Assembly (NCBI GenBank): GCA_043228905.1
Contig: JBHGNT010000015.1
Location: 7,564,001 to 7,628,000, forward strand
Reading direction: 5' to 3'
Length of the DNA: 64,000 nt
From: Azolla caroliniana
Lineage: Eukaryota > Plantae > Polypodiophyta
Under the pieces are notes generated by a model. The model did no database searches. It had not been told where the DNA came from and saw only the letters and a list, made by a program, of their open reading frames with translations. The position numbers and the translations under genes are program-made. Positions 37,790 to 50,418 of the stretch are shown here, piece by piece; position 1 is the first letter of the stretch, and each line of letters opens with the position of its first letter.

Positions 37790-38290
37790 TTGATTCATGC
37801 AATGAATGTTGTAGTATCAAGCAGCACCACACCAAGGAAGGTAATCGACCAACCAACGCCGGTGTTAATATATACAGATTATGCTACAAATTCCAAAGTT
37901 CAAGGTCATTCCTTAGCGGTAACCCATGAATTTTATGATGAAGATGAATGTTCTTCCACGCTCAAACAAAGCACATTGAAGTGCATTACTACTTCGTGCA
38001 CAAGTGAGTTCTCTCTAGTGAAATGGAACTAGTGTATGTTTCGACGGATCAAATATGGCTTATGTCTTCACCACACCTCTCAAACTTGACAACCTGGGGA
38101 AATTCTCGGGTATGCTTGGTCTACAACATCTGGACTTGCCGACCTTGAGGGGGAGAGTTGTCGAAGGGAGTCTTGATGAGAGTGGCCGAACGAGACTTGA
38201 TGAGAGTGGCCGAACGAGCCAACCAAAGCCAATTGAACATACGGGTAGAGCCAGAAACGAGAAGAAAGTCGGGAAGTCTTCGGTTGAGAT
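37790..38290 (+). pseudogene. Copia RNase H 3' remnant
   Basis: AYVFTTPLKLDNLGKFSGMLGLQHLDLPTLRG is homologous to the end of Copia F pol. Confidence 0.7.
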
Positions 38291-39171
38291 AGTTAAAGGA
38301 CGGATTGAAAATGAATCGGAGAACAAAGATGGACGAAGAAGATTTCATGGAGATGATGTCAAAGACGATGGTGGATTCGCATGGGCAAGGCGCAATGAAG
38401 GAAAAGAAAAGAAAAGTTGACAACCTTTTGCCCCACCACATCTTTTTTTTGGCACATGCCGGAGGATGTGCGGTTTGGTGGGGTGGATGTCGTGGTGTGG
38501 CGTGTGTAGTGTGAGAAAAGGTGAAGCTTCATGCACATCTCATAAAGTAATATATGAATGAAAATATAGTAATAAGAATAAATTTGTAGTAGCTTAGGGT
38601 CTAGACTTAGGGCTTATAAGTATACATGGGGAGGTGTAGAGTTCAAGTTCCTCTTGTTACAAATTGTTAAGAAATGGAGTTTGTGGCGATTGCAATGCAG
38701 CGGAAGATGAGAGACTATGTGTTTGTGTGTGTGTGTGTGTGTAGCAACAAAGAGAGAGAGTGTGAGAGCTCAAGACAGAGATAATCAAACTGTATATTAC
38801 ACAAGACTTCCAACGGTGACTAAGTTACAATGAGTTGGTTTATATACCAACTAAGCTAGGGCAAGCGCCCTTTCTCCTATTTACAAAACTAGCCTGGAAT
38901 GTCCATGAGCTAGTGTGAAACCTATCTATGGGAAGTTGAGTTTGATTCTCAACACGCCCCTTCGAATACAACTTCCATTTGTCGGAAAGTCATTTAGTTC
39001 GTACTTCGACTTGTTTAGTCGGTTGTGTTGCGTATTGCGTAGCCTATCTGTGTTGCATCTGCGTACTCCCCCTGAAGCTCGGTAATGTGGACAACGTAAG
39101 ACCAAGATCCGATGCAAATTGCCCGATCTTGTCTACTCCTAAGGCCTTCATAAATATATCACCAACCTGGA

Positions 39172-42100
39172 TGTTACGGGCATGACCATACAATATCCCG
39201 TGGTGAGAATTTACACGTGGATAAGTGTGAGGGTTAAACAAGAGTGTAAAGAAGAGGAGGATTACTTTTAATCCTCGAGATTGAGACAATCCATTAGGCC
39301 AAGTGTGAACATGGTTGGGGGCCTTGGGTATCTCTATAAATAAAAGGCCTAGCTACCCTCATTTGATCATGTGAAAGATTATGTACGGAAGCAATAGAAA
39401 AACGAACACAAAGAAAATACGCAGGTTTAATGGAGAGCTTGAATATACATAGTACGCAGGAGAGACAGAGAGAGAACACACAGAAGCTAAAGTCAAAAAT
39501 ACTAATTCTCTGTACATACACCGTGCTCAGTGAGCACCTTTTATACAAGCCCTGACAATCGGGCTGACACAAGTACTGACAGTACTTGACTGCTCATAAA
39601 TGAGCCTCGGCACTTACTCCCAAAACTATTCCTTACAAGGAATATCTCTCTAATGGCCTTTCGGTTTACGCACCGATACGGCCTCTTGTTACGCACCGGT
39701 TTGCGTATCCATTTTACGCACCGGTCCGGCCTAACCGATCAGTCCTCGGCTTGCTCAGCCGATCTGGCTGATGTTGAGCTTGTCTCTCAACACTCCCCCT
39801 CAAGCTCAACTTGAGGCTCTTCGGGATCTTCGGTCCGGTTCCTCCTGGCTCCACGCCTCGCTCGCGCTCCTCGGCCTGTTCAATTCCGCGCCCTTCGACC
39901 CTTCCGGTCGGCTTGTCTGCCCCCACGGCCCTTCATAGCTCCCTTGCTGTCACGGTGTTGGCGCTTCTCCTACTGCCTTCTTTTCCGCTTGGCCCTCGGT
40001 TGATTCAGTGTATCCGAATCAATCATTCGAACCGACTCGGCTACCTCCGATTGGTTTTCGCTCTCGTCCGAGTTGGTTGTCTCCAACTCGTCTTCGGTCT
40101 TCTCGCCCTTGACGGCGTCATCTCCCCCATGCTTGGTTGTCTTCGGCTCTTTCTTTCAGTTGTTCCCCTTATGTCCACTTCCGGACTCTTCCGCGGATCC
40201 GCCCTCGTCTTCTTCAGCCGTTCGAGGTCAAATTCGTCATCCGACTCGGTGTCGCGATCTTCTCTCCCCCTTCCGTGGTCATTTGGGACATCTCTCCCCC
40301 TTAAGTTCGGCACGTCGAGGTGATGCAACCCAAACGCACCCGAGAATTGCCGCAACTTGTCCAGTCCAAGAGGCTTGGTGAAGATGTCGGCAGTCTGCCG
40401 ATCCGTCGGAACATGCTGAAGTTCGACTTCACCAGAAAGGACACGCTCACAAACGAAATGGTAGTGCACCTCAATGTGCTTGGTCCGTGCATGGAAAACG
40501 GGGTTCTTCGTGAGCTGGATGCTGCTGAGGTTGTCGTAGTAGATCGTCATTGGATCGGACACCTCTACCTGCAGAGCCTTAAGTAGCCGCTTCAACCATA
40601 TGGCTTCGCATGTTGCGACAACCGCTCCTCGGTACTCAACTTCGGTGCTCGATAGTGCAACTGTTGGCTGCTTCTTACTGGTCCACGCTATCGCGGCACT
40701 CCCAAGAGAGAACGCGTATCCGGATGTGGATCAGCGATAGGCGGCGTTGCCAGCCCAATCAACATCGGTGCAGTCGACCAACTACGAGGTTGTACCGGTC
40801 CGATATAGCAGTCCCCTGTCCTGTGCCACTTACGTACCGCAGTACGCGTTGCGCACACTGAAGGTGCTCCTCTGTAGGTCGCACCATGAGCTGACTGATC
40901 ATCCTAACCGGATAACTGAGATTGGGTCGGGTGATTGTCAAGTAGATAAGGCTTCCGATAATTTGTCGGAACCTCGTCGGGTCACATACCTTTCCGGAAT
41001 TGGGGCGAAGCTTGACGGTTCTATCCAGAGGAGTCGAGACGGACTTACAGTCGGCCATCCCGAATTTGAAGAGCATATTCAGTGCGTAATGGCATTGGCT
41101 GATCAAAATGCCTTCGGGGGTACGGATCACTTTGATCCCGAGGAAATAATGAAGATCCCCCAGATCCTTCATGTTGAACGATGCCGCAAGCTGGAGTTTC
41201 ACACGGTCGATTTCTCCTAGGTCGGCACCGGTGATGACCAAGTCATCAACATATAGTAAAATACTGACCGAACCAAGTCAACCTTTCCGGATGAACAGGG
41301 AAGAGTCTGATTTTTGACGTTGCAAAGCCCATCCGATGCAATTGCTCGTGATCTTCGTGTTCCAGGCACGCGGGGTTTGCTTCAGTCCATAAAGGGACTT
41401 CTTCAATCGGCACACTGCCAACGTGTTCGTTCCGGAGTGAAATCCGGGGGGTTGTACCATGTACACCTGTTCCTCAAGCTCACCTTGCAGGAACACATTC
41501 CTTACATCCATCTGATGTAAGTGCCACCCCTTTGCCGTAGCTACCACGAGCAAAACACGGACGGTCGTCATCTTCGCGACTGGTGCAAACATGTCATAGT
41601 AGTCAATGCCGTGTTTCTGCGCGTAGCCTTTTGCCACTAACTGAGCCTTGTATCGGTTGACCGAGTCGTCGGTGTTGTACTTGACCTTGTACACCCACCT
41701 ACATCCGATCGGCTTCACACCCTTCGGTGCGTCAACCAGGTCCCAGGTCTCGCTTTCCGCCAATGCGTGCATCTCTTCCACCATCGCGGCGTGCCAATTC
41801 GCGTCCTTAGCCGCTTATGCATAGCTCTCTGGCTCACGCACTTCCGCTACACGGTTCATGTACGCATAATGATGCGCCATGTACTTGTTGTATCCGAACC
41901 GCACAACTGGGTTCTTCTGGCAGGTAGATCGGTGTAATCGGTCATTAGCGGATGTTGAGGTCTTCTTGGCCGACGCGCACTTCGCTCTTGAAGACCCGTC
42001 ACCGCTGCCCTCGGAGTCGGACTCACGGTGGTCTGACTCGTTCCTATCCATGCCGGAATCCGACACCTTCTTCTTCCCTTTCTCTTTGCGCGTAAGCCGT

Positions 42101-45100
42101 CTCCTCGGCTTCCTGCACGGGGAATGTACGGCCGAGTTTCCACTACTCGTCGGCTCTTCTTCAGACTGGTCGAACCGACTCAGTCGTCCATTCGGTCCGC
42201 TTAACCGAAACGAAATCAGACTCTCTTCGCGGGTCCCGATTGCAGGCTCATCCAGAGGCATTTCAGTCTCGCTGACCTCACCGTCAGAGCTCGGATTGGA
42301 GTTGAGGTCCGGAGTCAGAGGCAAGTACCAGGACGCGGACTCGTCAAACACAATGTCGCGGCTCACGCGCGCTTGTTTGGTGCGTGGGTTATAACACTTA
42401 TAACCCTTCTGCTCGTCCGAATAACAGACCAAGATGCATTTCTCGGCCTTTGCGTCCAGCTTCCTCCGTTTCTCCTTCAGCACATGCACATATGCAATGA
42501 TACCGAAAAATCATAAGTGTCGCAAGTTTAGCTTCGTTCCAAAATATAGCTTGTGCACCGACACTTTTTCTCCAATCCGATTCTGGATGTATACCGCAGT
42601 TCATACCGCCTCGGCCCAGTAGAACTTGGGCAAGCTCTCCTCCTCCAGCATTGCCCGTGCCGCTTCCACAACCGACCGAATTTTCCTCTTGGCCACGCCG
42701 TTTTGCTCCGGCGTGTATCTACAACTAAATTCGCGCAGAATTCCCATCTGTTGTAGATAACCGTTGAATTGACGGGAAAAGTATTCTATTCCGCCATCCA
42801 ACCGCAAACACTTGAACTTTCTTCCTGTTTCCGTTTCCACAAACCCTTTGAGGTCCCGAAAATAGTCGAAGACTTCGCTCTTCCTCTCAATGAGGTAGAT
42901 CCACGTGTGCCGGGTGTAGTCGTCGATGAAGGAGACGAAATATCGGCTCCCGCCAAGACTAACGTTTTGTGCCAGCCCCCACACATCGGAGTGTATCACG
43001 TCGAGCTTGTTCCGGCTCCGGTTACGCTCGTTGGGGAAGGGAAGTCGGTGTTGCTTCCCAAGCTGGCAAGCTTCACAGATTTGTGCCTTCCGGCCACTAA
43101 ATTTGGGCAATCCGAACACCACCTGTTTCGATTGCAGGTCTTGAAGCCGCTAGTAGTTGACATGGCCTATCGGCTTGTGCCATAAGTCGATGTCCGACTC
43201 GACTTTTTGTCCCTTCGTGAACATTGCGGTGCCACCGTAACTAGAGTCGAGGATAAACATCCTCCCATCTTTGCGCCCTTGCGCAATAACATGGCCTTCT
43301 TCCTCAATGAAGCACCCGAGATGCATAAACCGAACCTGCATCCCCTGGTCAACGATCTACCCAACCGACACCAGGTTCTTTATGATTGTCGGAACGTGTA
43401 ACACGTTCATAAGTTTCCCTTTCTGCCCGACATGGCTCAAGGGAACTTCACTGACATTCGCGATCGGATGCGGAGTGTCGTCTCCGGTTGCGACTACTGC
43501 TGGTTGCGTCGGTTTCTCAAGGTACGAGAACCACTCCTTATGGCTCGTCATGTGATTTGACGTGCGGGAGTCGACATACCACACCTCGTCCGATTTCGGG
43601 GTGGTCTGCTTCATTGAGTTTGCTTTGTGTCTCGTCACGAAGACTAACCCTTTTTCGGTTTCTCTGGATCCTTCGGCGTAGTGCGATCGTTGCCCATTTC
43701 CTTTGTCGGTCTGTCCGGAACCTGATCCAGACCCGGTTCTCTCCGAATTGGCGTGCTTTTTCCAACACCCGCTCTCCCTGTGGCCTTTCTTGCCACAGTA
43801 CCAACATTCCGTGGTGGATTTCCCTTTCCGGTTCTCGTCGCCTCGACTCCCCTTGTTTCCGCAGGGTCCGGAATTGCTATCGGCATCACTTCGGTGCCTT
43901 CTTCCTTGATCCCGTCGGCCGCCTCCATTGCGCACGGACTCGCCTCGTCCGCCACGACCACGGGACCTATCTCTCTCCGTGTACAACATCTTGTTGTCGG
44001 TGTGCGTGCTCGTTGACGCACCTGCGTGATTCTCCTGTATAAGGAGCATCGACTGTAAGTCGAAAAATGATGGCGTATTCTCCCGTGTACACACAACAGT
44101 TCGGAACGCTCCGAACTTTGACGCCAAACCCTCGAGACAGACCTGGACCATCTCGATTTCCTCGATGTTCACATTGATTGAAGCTAGGGAGTCGCATATT
44201 TCCTTGATCTGCGAGGTATAGTCAGCCACCGACAAATCGCGTTGTCGTACGTTGCTCAACTCCTGTTGGAGCTGAAGCTTCCTGGCTGTGGTGCTCGCAG
44301 CAAAGATCTTCTTGAGATTTTCCCATGCACCCTTCGGCGTTTTTGCATCCCGAACGTAGCTTAATAGTTGTTCGGCCACACAAGACGCAAAACAATACAA
44401 CACTCTACTCGCCGATTGTTCCCACGCTGGGAAATCTTTGTGTGTTGATTCAGGTGTTGTGTCATTTGCTCCATCGACATAGCTCTAGTAACCGTGCCCG
44501 AGCAAGTACTGGTGCATCTTGTAGGACCAAGAAATGTAGTTGTTTCTGTTGAGGTTCTCTGTTGGAAGCGAGCTAACCATTCCTCTATCCATCGGTTTTG
44601 CCTGTACTTCTTGGTTAGTTTTTCTTTCAAACTATGTCAGTTGCAGAGGTTCTCAACCCTCGCGCTCTCATACCATGTGAAAGATTATGTGCGAAAGCAA
44701 TAGAAAAACGAACACAGAGAAAATACGCAGATTTAATGGAGAGCTTGAATATACACAGTACGTGGGAGAGACAGAGAGAGAACACACAGAAGCTAAATTC
44801 AAAAATACTAATTCTCTGTACATACACGGTGCTTAGTGAGAACCTTTTATACAAGCCCTGAAAATCGGGCTGACACAAGTACTGACAGTACTAGAATGCT
44901 CATAAATGAGCCTCGACACTTACTCCCAAAACAATTCCTTACAAGGAATATCTCTCTAACGGCCTTTCGGTTTACGCACCGATACGGCCTCTCATTACAC
45001 ACCGGTTTGTGTATCCGTTTTACGCACCGGTCCGGCCTAACCGATCGGTCCTCGGCTTGCTCAGCCGATCCGGCCGATGTTGAGCTTGTCTCTCAACAGA

Positions 45101-45350
45101 TCATCTATTGATTACGTCGAGACTCTATCTTGTGGTGGGTCAACTCTTGTAGCAAGCGCGCCAGCACTAGGTATGACTAGACGCCACGACGGTGGTATAG
45201 GACGCCGATCGAGGCTCGAGTCCGTCTCTATCCCTTCGCTCAGGGGTGGTCGGGTGGATCGGCACCCTTCTTTCTATCTCTCCTTTCTATCTATCTATCT
45301 ATCTATATTCTATCCTTATCTAATGCTTACATTAGTCTATGTCACTAAAA
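39172..45350 (+). repeat. Solo LTR of Gypsy family E inserted in Copia D RNase H (split by Copia F)
   Basis: 39172-39369 plus 45104-45350 match the reverse complement of LTR 55641-56095. CTGGA TSD at 39167-39171 and 45351-45355. Confidence 0.85.
39370..45098 (-). mobile_element. Copia F, full-length and degenerate
   Basis: 423-bp LTRs at 39370-39792 and 44676-45098; GATCA TSD; Met-like PBS at 44664-44675; PPT at about 39793-39801. CWYCGKKGHRESGC knuckle, VIHSDVWG integrase, HQMDVRNVFLQG RT and HARTKHIEVHYH RNase H. Confidence 0.95.
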
Positions 45351-48300
45351 CTGGAGGTGCGTGCTGAGATACTAAAGATCGATTTCTCCGGCCTGTACGC
45401 GCTCACGGATGAAGTGGTAGTGCACTTCGATGTGTTTAGTCCACGCGTGAAATACGGGGTTGCGTGCCAAGTAGATACTGCTCATGTTGTCGCAATACAA
45501 GCGTATTGGATCTTTGATGGGAACGCCTAGATCCTTCAGTATGTGCTTAAGCCATACGACTTCACATGCGGCGATTGCAACGCCCCTGTATTCGGTTTCC
45601 GTGCTCGACAGTGGTGATTGTCGGCTATTTCTTGCTACTCCAGGAGATTGCTCCACTGCCGAGGGAGAAGACGAATCCAGATGTGGATCGTCTATCCACT
45701 TTGTATCGTGCCCAGTCCACGTCTGTGTACCCTCTGAATCGAACAGTCGTATTCGACTTATATAAGGTGCCATGATCCATTGTCATACTTACATACCATA
45801 GTATCCTCTTAGCACAATTGAGATGAAGGTTACGCGGATTCTGCATGAATTGGCTAAGTAGGCCGATCGAATAACTTAGGTTGGGTCGCGTAATGGTGAG
45901 ATAGATCAAGCTACAAATAAGTTGGCGATACTGAGTCGGTTCAGTCTCGGCCATGCCGGAACTGGCATCAATCTTGATATTGCGATCAAGAGGGTTAGTC
46001 ACAGGTTTGCACACTGTCATTCCGAATTTGTACAGTAAGTTGAGGACGTAGTGCCGTTGTGAGATCATTATCCCAACTGGTGTCCGAATTACTTCAATAC
46101 CTAGGAAGTAATGAAGTTCGTGCAGGTCTTTCATTTCGAATCTGCCGGAAAGAAGTGATTTAACTTTAATAATCTCGGCGACATCCTTTCCTCCGATGAC
46201 CAAATCATCCACGTACAAGATGATGATTATCAGGCTATCTGACTCGTTTCGGATGTATAGGGAAGTGTTGGATTTTGACATCCGAAATCCGACATGATCA
46301 AGATATTGCGTGATCTTCGAATGCCAAGCACGCGGTGCTTGTTTGAGGCCATAGAGTGGCTTCTTGAGTCGGCATACGGCGTGTGGATGATTATGCGATT
46401 CGAATCCGGGCGGTTTTGTCATATACGCCTCTTCTTCTAGCTCTCCTTGGAGGAAAGCGTTTTCCATGTCCATCTGATGGAGGTGTCACCCTTTTGCTGT
46501 TGTTAGCGCAATTATAGTCTGTATTGTCATCATCTTTGCCACCGGGGCAAAGGTTTCTTCGTAGTCTACATCATGTCTGTGCGTAGCCTTTTGCAATGAG
46601 TCGTGCTTTGAAGCGATGAACGGAACCATCGGCATTATGTTTCACTTTGTAAATCCACCTACAACCGATTGGTTTCTTGTTTGGGGGGTGAGGAACGAGA
46701 TCCCATGTCTCGTTTTTGCATAATGCTTCCATCTCCTCATTCATCGCGTTGATCCATCATGGATCCTTTGCGGCTTCGGAAAGCGTTTCCGGTTCCCGTA
46801 CTGACGCTACCTTCATCATGAATGCGTAATGATACGCCATGTACTCGTCATAGCCATAGCAGTTTACGGGGTTCTTCTCGCGCGTGGATCGGCGTGGCTT
46901 GTCATTTGTGGATTCTAGGGGTTTCTCCACGCTGTCCGTGTGGATGTCATGGCCTTCGAACTCACTGTCGAGATCAAAATGATCTTCATACTCCTGCATT
47001 TTCGTCTTGCCTTTGTCTAGCACTGGACTTGGCCGAGATGTGCTTTGATCACTTGGGGGCTCTTGTGGTCCGCTTAGCCATGTCGAAATTGGACTTTCTT
47101 CGTGCATATGCATGAGACTATCTTCGGCTTCTATTCTTATTTCGGTGTCATCCACGTTCAGCGGAGTCGAAGTATTCTCTGGTGCGTACCAAGATGCAGA
47201 CTCGTCGAAGACTACGTCTCGACTGATGCGAACTTTTTGGTTAGATGGGTTGTAGCACTTGTAGCCCTTTTGTTACGTTGTAGATGAGTATCCTACGAGG
47301 ATACATTTCTCCGAGTTTGGATCGAGCTTTTGTCGCGTATCATCGGGAATATGTACGTAGGCGATAGAACCGAAAATGCGGACATGCGATAAGTCCGGCT
47401 TCTTTGCAAAGAACTTCTCATGAGGAGTTATGTCGTGTACTCCTAAGGTTGTGCACCTATTCATGACGTATACAGCCGTGTTCACCGCTTCTGCCCAGTA
47501 CGATTTCAGTAGGTTCTTCTCATTCATCATGGCTCGTGCAACTTCTACTATGTGGCGGTTTTTACGCTCAGCTACGCCATTTTGCTAAGGCGTATGTCGA
47601 CATGAGAACTCTCATCAGATTCCTTCCTTGCGGAGATACGCCGAGAACTCATTCAAAAAATATTCTTTGCCTACATGACGGCCCATAGCTTTTTCTACTT
47701 CGGCTTTGAACTTCTGGAAGTGTCCGAACACTTCGCTCTTCTGTCTCATCGGCTAGATCCAGGTGTTCCTGGAGAAGTCGTCGATGAACGAACATAATAA
47801 CGGCATCCGCTGAAAGTAGTTGTTTGGGTTGGTCCCCACACATTTGAATGTATGAAATCCAAGATCCCTTTGCTTACAATCCGCTCGTTTGGGTATGGAT
47901 GACGACGTTGCTTTCCGAATTGGCATGCTTCGCACACACCCGTGATCTCCTATGCCGTAAAGTTTGGGAGTCCGATTACGACTCCTTTTGTCTGCATGTT
48001 CTAAAGCTTCTGGAGATTGATGTGGCCGATTCTCTTGTGCCACAATTTTAAGTCGGTTTCGACTTTCTGCCCCTTTGCGTACATAGCCGACTTTACTTCG
48101 CTCGACTCGAGGATGAACATACGGCCTTCTCGCCTTTTTCAATGAAGCACCCATCGTTGTTGAAGCATACCTGCATTCCTTGTTCTACAATTTGGCCGAC
48201 CGAGACTAGATTTTTCGTGATGGTGAGAACATGCAGTACGTTCTTGAGGTTGGTTTGTTCGCCGTCGTTTCTGAATGGGACATTCCTGATATGTTGTATT

Positions 48301-50418
48301 GGATGAGTCATATCATCGCTTGTTTCGACATATCCAGGACGTTCGGGCTTCCGTAATTCCTGAAACCAATCTTCATGGGAAGTCATGTGATTGGAACCTC
48401 CCGAATCGACAAACCATTCACTATTAGGACTGGAGGCGTTAGTTGTCGCAAATGCAAACATCAAGTGTGCTTCGTGCTTCATTATGAACATTCTGCCATG
48501 GTTGCCGTAGTCGGAGTTCGTGGCGTAATTTGTCAGTTGTCGGCCTGCCTCACGTTTCTTCTTCCGGCACTCCTCTTCGTAGTGGCCGGGTTTTCCTCAG
48601 TACCCGCAGTCGACTGGGTTTCGGCGATTGCTCGATTCGGCCTTATGACTCCCCCATCCACCGAACTCTCTAGGACCATTTCTATCCGTTTGCCATTGGT
48701 GAGAGTTACGCTCTTGATTTTGCTGATCATTATGACCTTGTCCGAAGCGACCTCTATGACCTCGGCCGAAATTCCTTCTATCATCCGATTGGTAGTAGAG
48801 CATATGACCATCTGGTGCGTTGCTCCTCGGTTGGGCGTGATTCTCTTCGACCAACAATATCGACTGAAGGTCAAAGAAGGAGGGAGGGTTCTACCTTGCG
48901 AGAATAGCCGATCTAATCGTGCCGAAATGCGGTGCTAAGCCTCTGAGGCATATTTGCACTAGTTCGTCTTCGTCAATGAAGACGTTGATCGATCCAAGGG
49001 CGTCACATAGTTCCTTGATCTTCAAGGTATAGCTTGAGATTGACATGTCCCTCTGTTGGATGCGATTCAGCTCCTGACGAAGCTGGACCTTGCGTGCGAC
49101 CGTGTTGGCTGCGAAAATCTTTTTGAGATTTTCCCACGCCTGCTTCGGCGTTTTTACCTCTCGAATGTAGCCAAGCATGTGATCATGAACGCATGATGCA
49201 AGGCAATACAACACACGGCTTGCGGCCTGCTCCCAACCAGGATAGTCAGCCCGTGTTGGGTTGGGGTGTGATTCGTGAGCTCCTTCGATGTAGCTTCAAT
49301 AGCCTTGTCCGACAAGATATTGATGCATCTTATATTCCCAAGATGCAAAGTTCGTTTTGTCGAGCTTCTCGGTAGGAAGAGCGCTTCCTATTTGAGTATT
49401 CATGGTGATTTCTTGTCTGTCAATGGGTCGGTTCTGTTGATCGTCGGCGTGCAGCACAACACAGTCGAAAATGCTTGATCAGGCAACCACACGCTCTGAT
49501 ACCATGTTAAGAAATGGAGTCTGTGGTGATTGCAATGCAACACAAGATGAGAGACTATGTGTGTGTGTGTGTGTGTAGCAACAGAGAGAGAGAGAGACAG
49601 AGAGAGAGTGAGAGCTCAAGTCAGAGATAACCAAACTGTATATTACACAAGACTTCCAACAGTGACTAAGTTACAATGAGTTGGTTTATATACCAACTAA
49701 GCTAGGGCAAGCACCCTTTCTACTATTTACAAAACTAGCCAGGAATGTCCATGAGCTAGTGTGAAACCTATCTCTAGGAAGTTGAGTTCGATTCTCAACA
49801 CAAATCAAGTAATATTTTGCTCCCCTCTCATTTTTGTGATAAAAAAATAAAAAAATAAAAAAATAAAAGCATGCAATGTAAAAATAGGCTTTGTAGCCTC
49901 CCTTTCTTCTTCTTCTTTTCCTTCTAGGCTTAGGGTTTCAAAGCTTCTTCTACCTCCTCATCATACTAGAGAACTTGGGATTTTAGGGTTTGTGAGTTTA
50001 CTTCTATTCTACTTCTTACTCGAGAGATTTTAGGGTTAGGATTCATTCTACAATGGCGTCTTTGGCATCTCAGTGGAGGCCGGTTGCGGAAGCGAGGTTG
50101 TAGTGGCACGAGGGCTACTCCGAGTCGAGGCAACATAGCCATCGGAAGTAATTAGACTCGGAGCCCACTAGACTTGTCTTCGTCTGTTTATTTTAGCCCT
50201 TTATTTGATTCATAACTTATTATTGTAATAACCACTGAAATCGTGGTATTAAACCTAACTGTTGTTTAAAGCCTATTTTATATAAAAAATTATGTATATT
50301 TCCCCCATGTCATTGACATCATAAGCTCCCACTTCCTCACCACTTTTGTCTCCCCGGTCCAAGGCCCCGGCCCCGGTGGTCCCGTTTGAACAACACACGC
50401 AAGTGAAACATAGCGACA

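Larger units (their letters stand above)
38665..49800 (-). mobile_element. Copia D, full-length and degenerate
   Basis: LTRs at 38665-38954 and 49505-49800; CAAAT TSD; Met-type PBS (tggtatcagagc on -) at 49493-49504. gag-PR-IN-RT-RH order on - from 49400 to 45356, with the RNase H end at 39050-39171. Confidence 0.93.
38488..50418 (+). repeat. 3' LTR of a B/C-type Gypsy (38488-38664 plus 49806-50418), split by Copia D
   Basis: Preceded by the same 3' UTR/PPT as Gypsy B (gcggtttggtggggtgga); termini tgtcgt...gcgaca. Confidence 0.7.
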
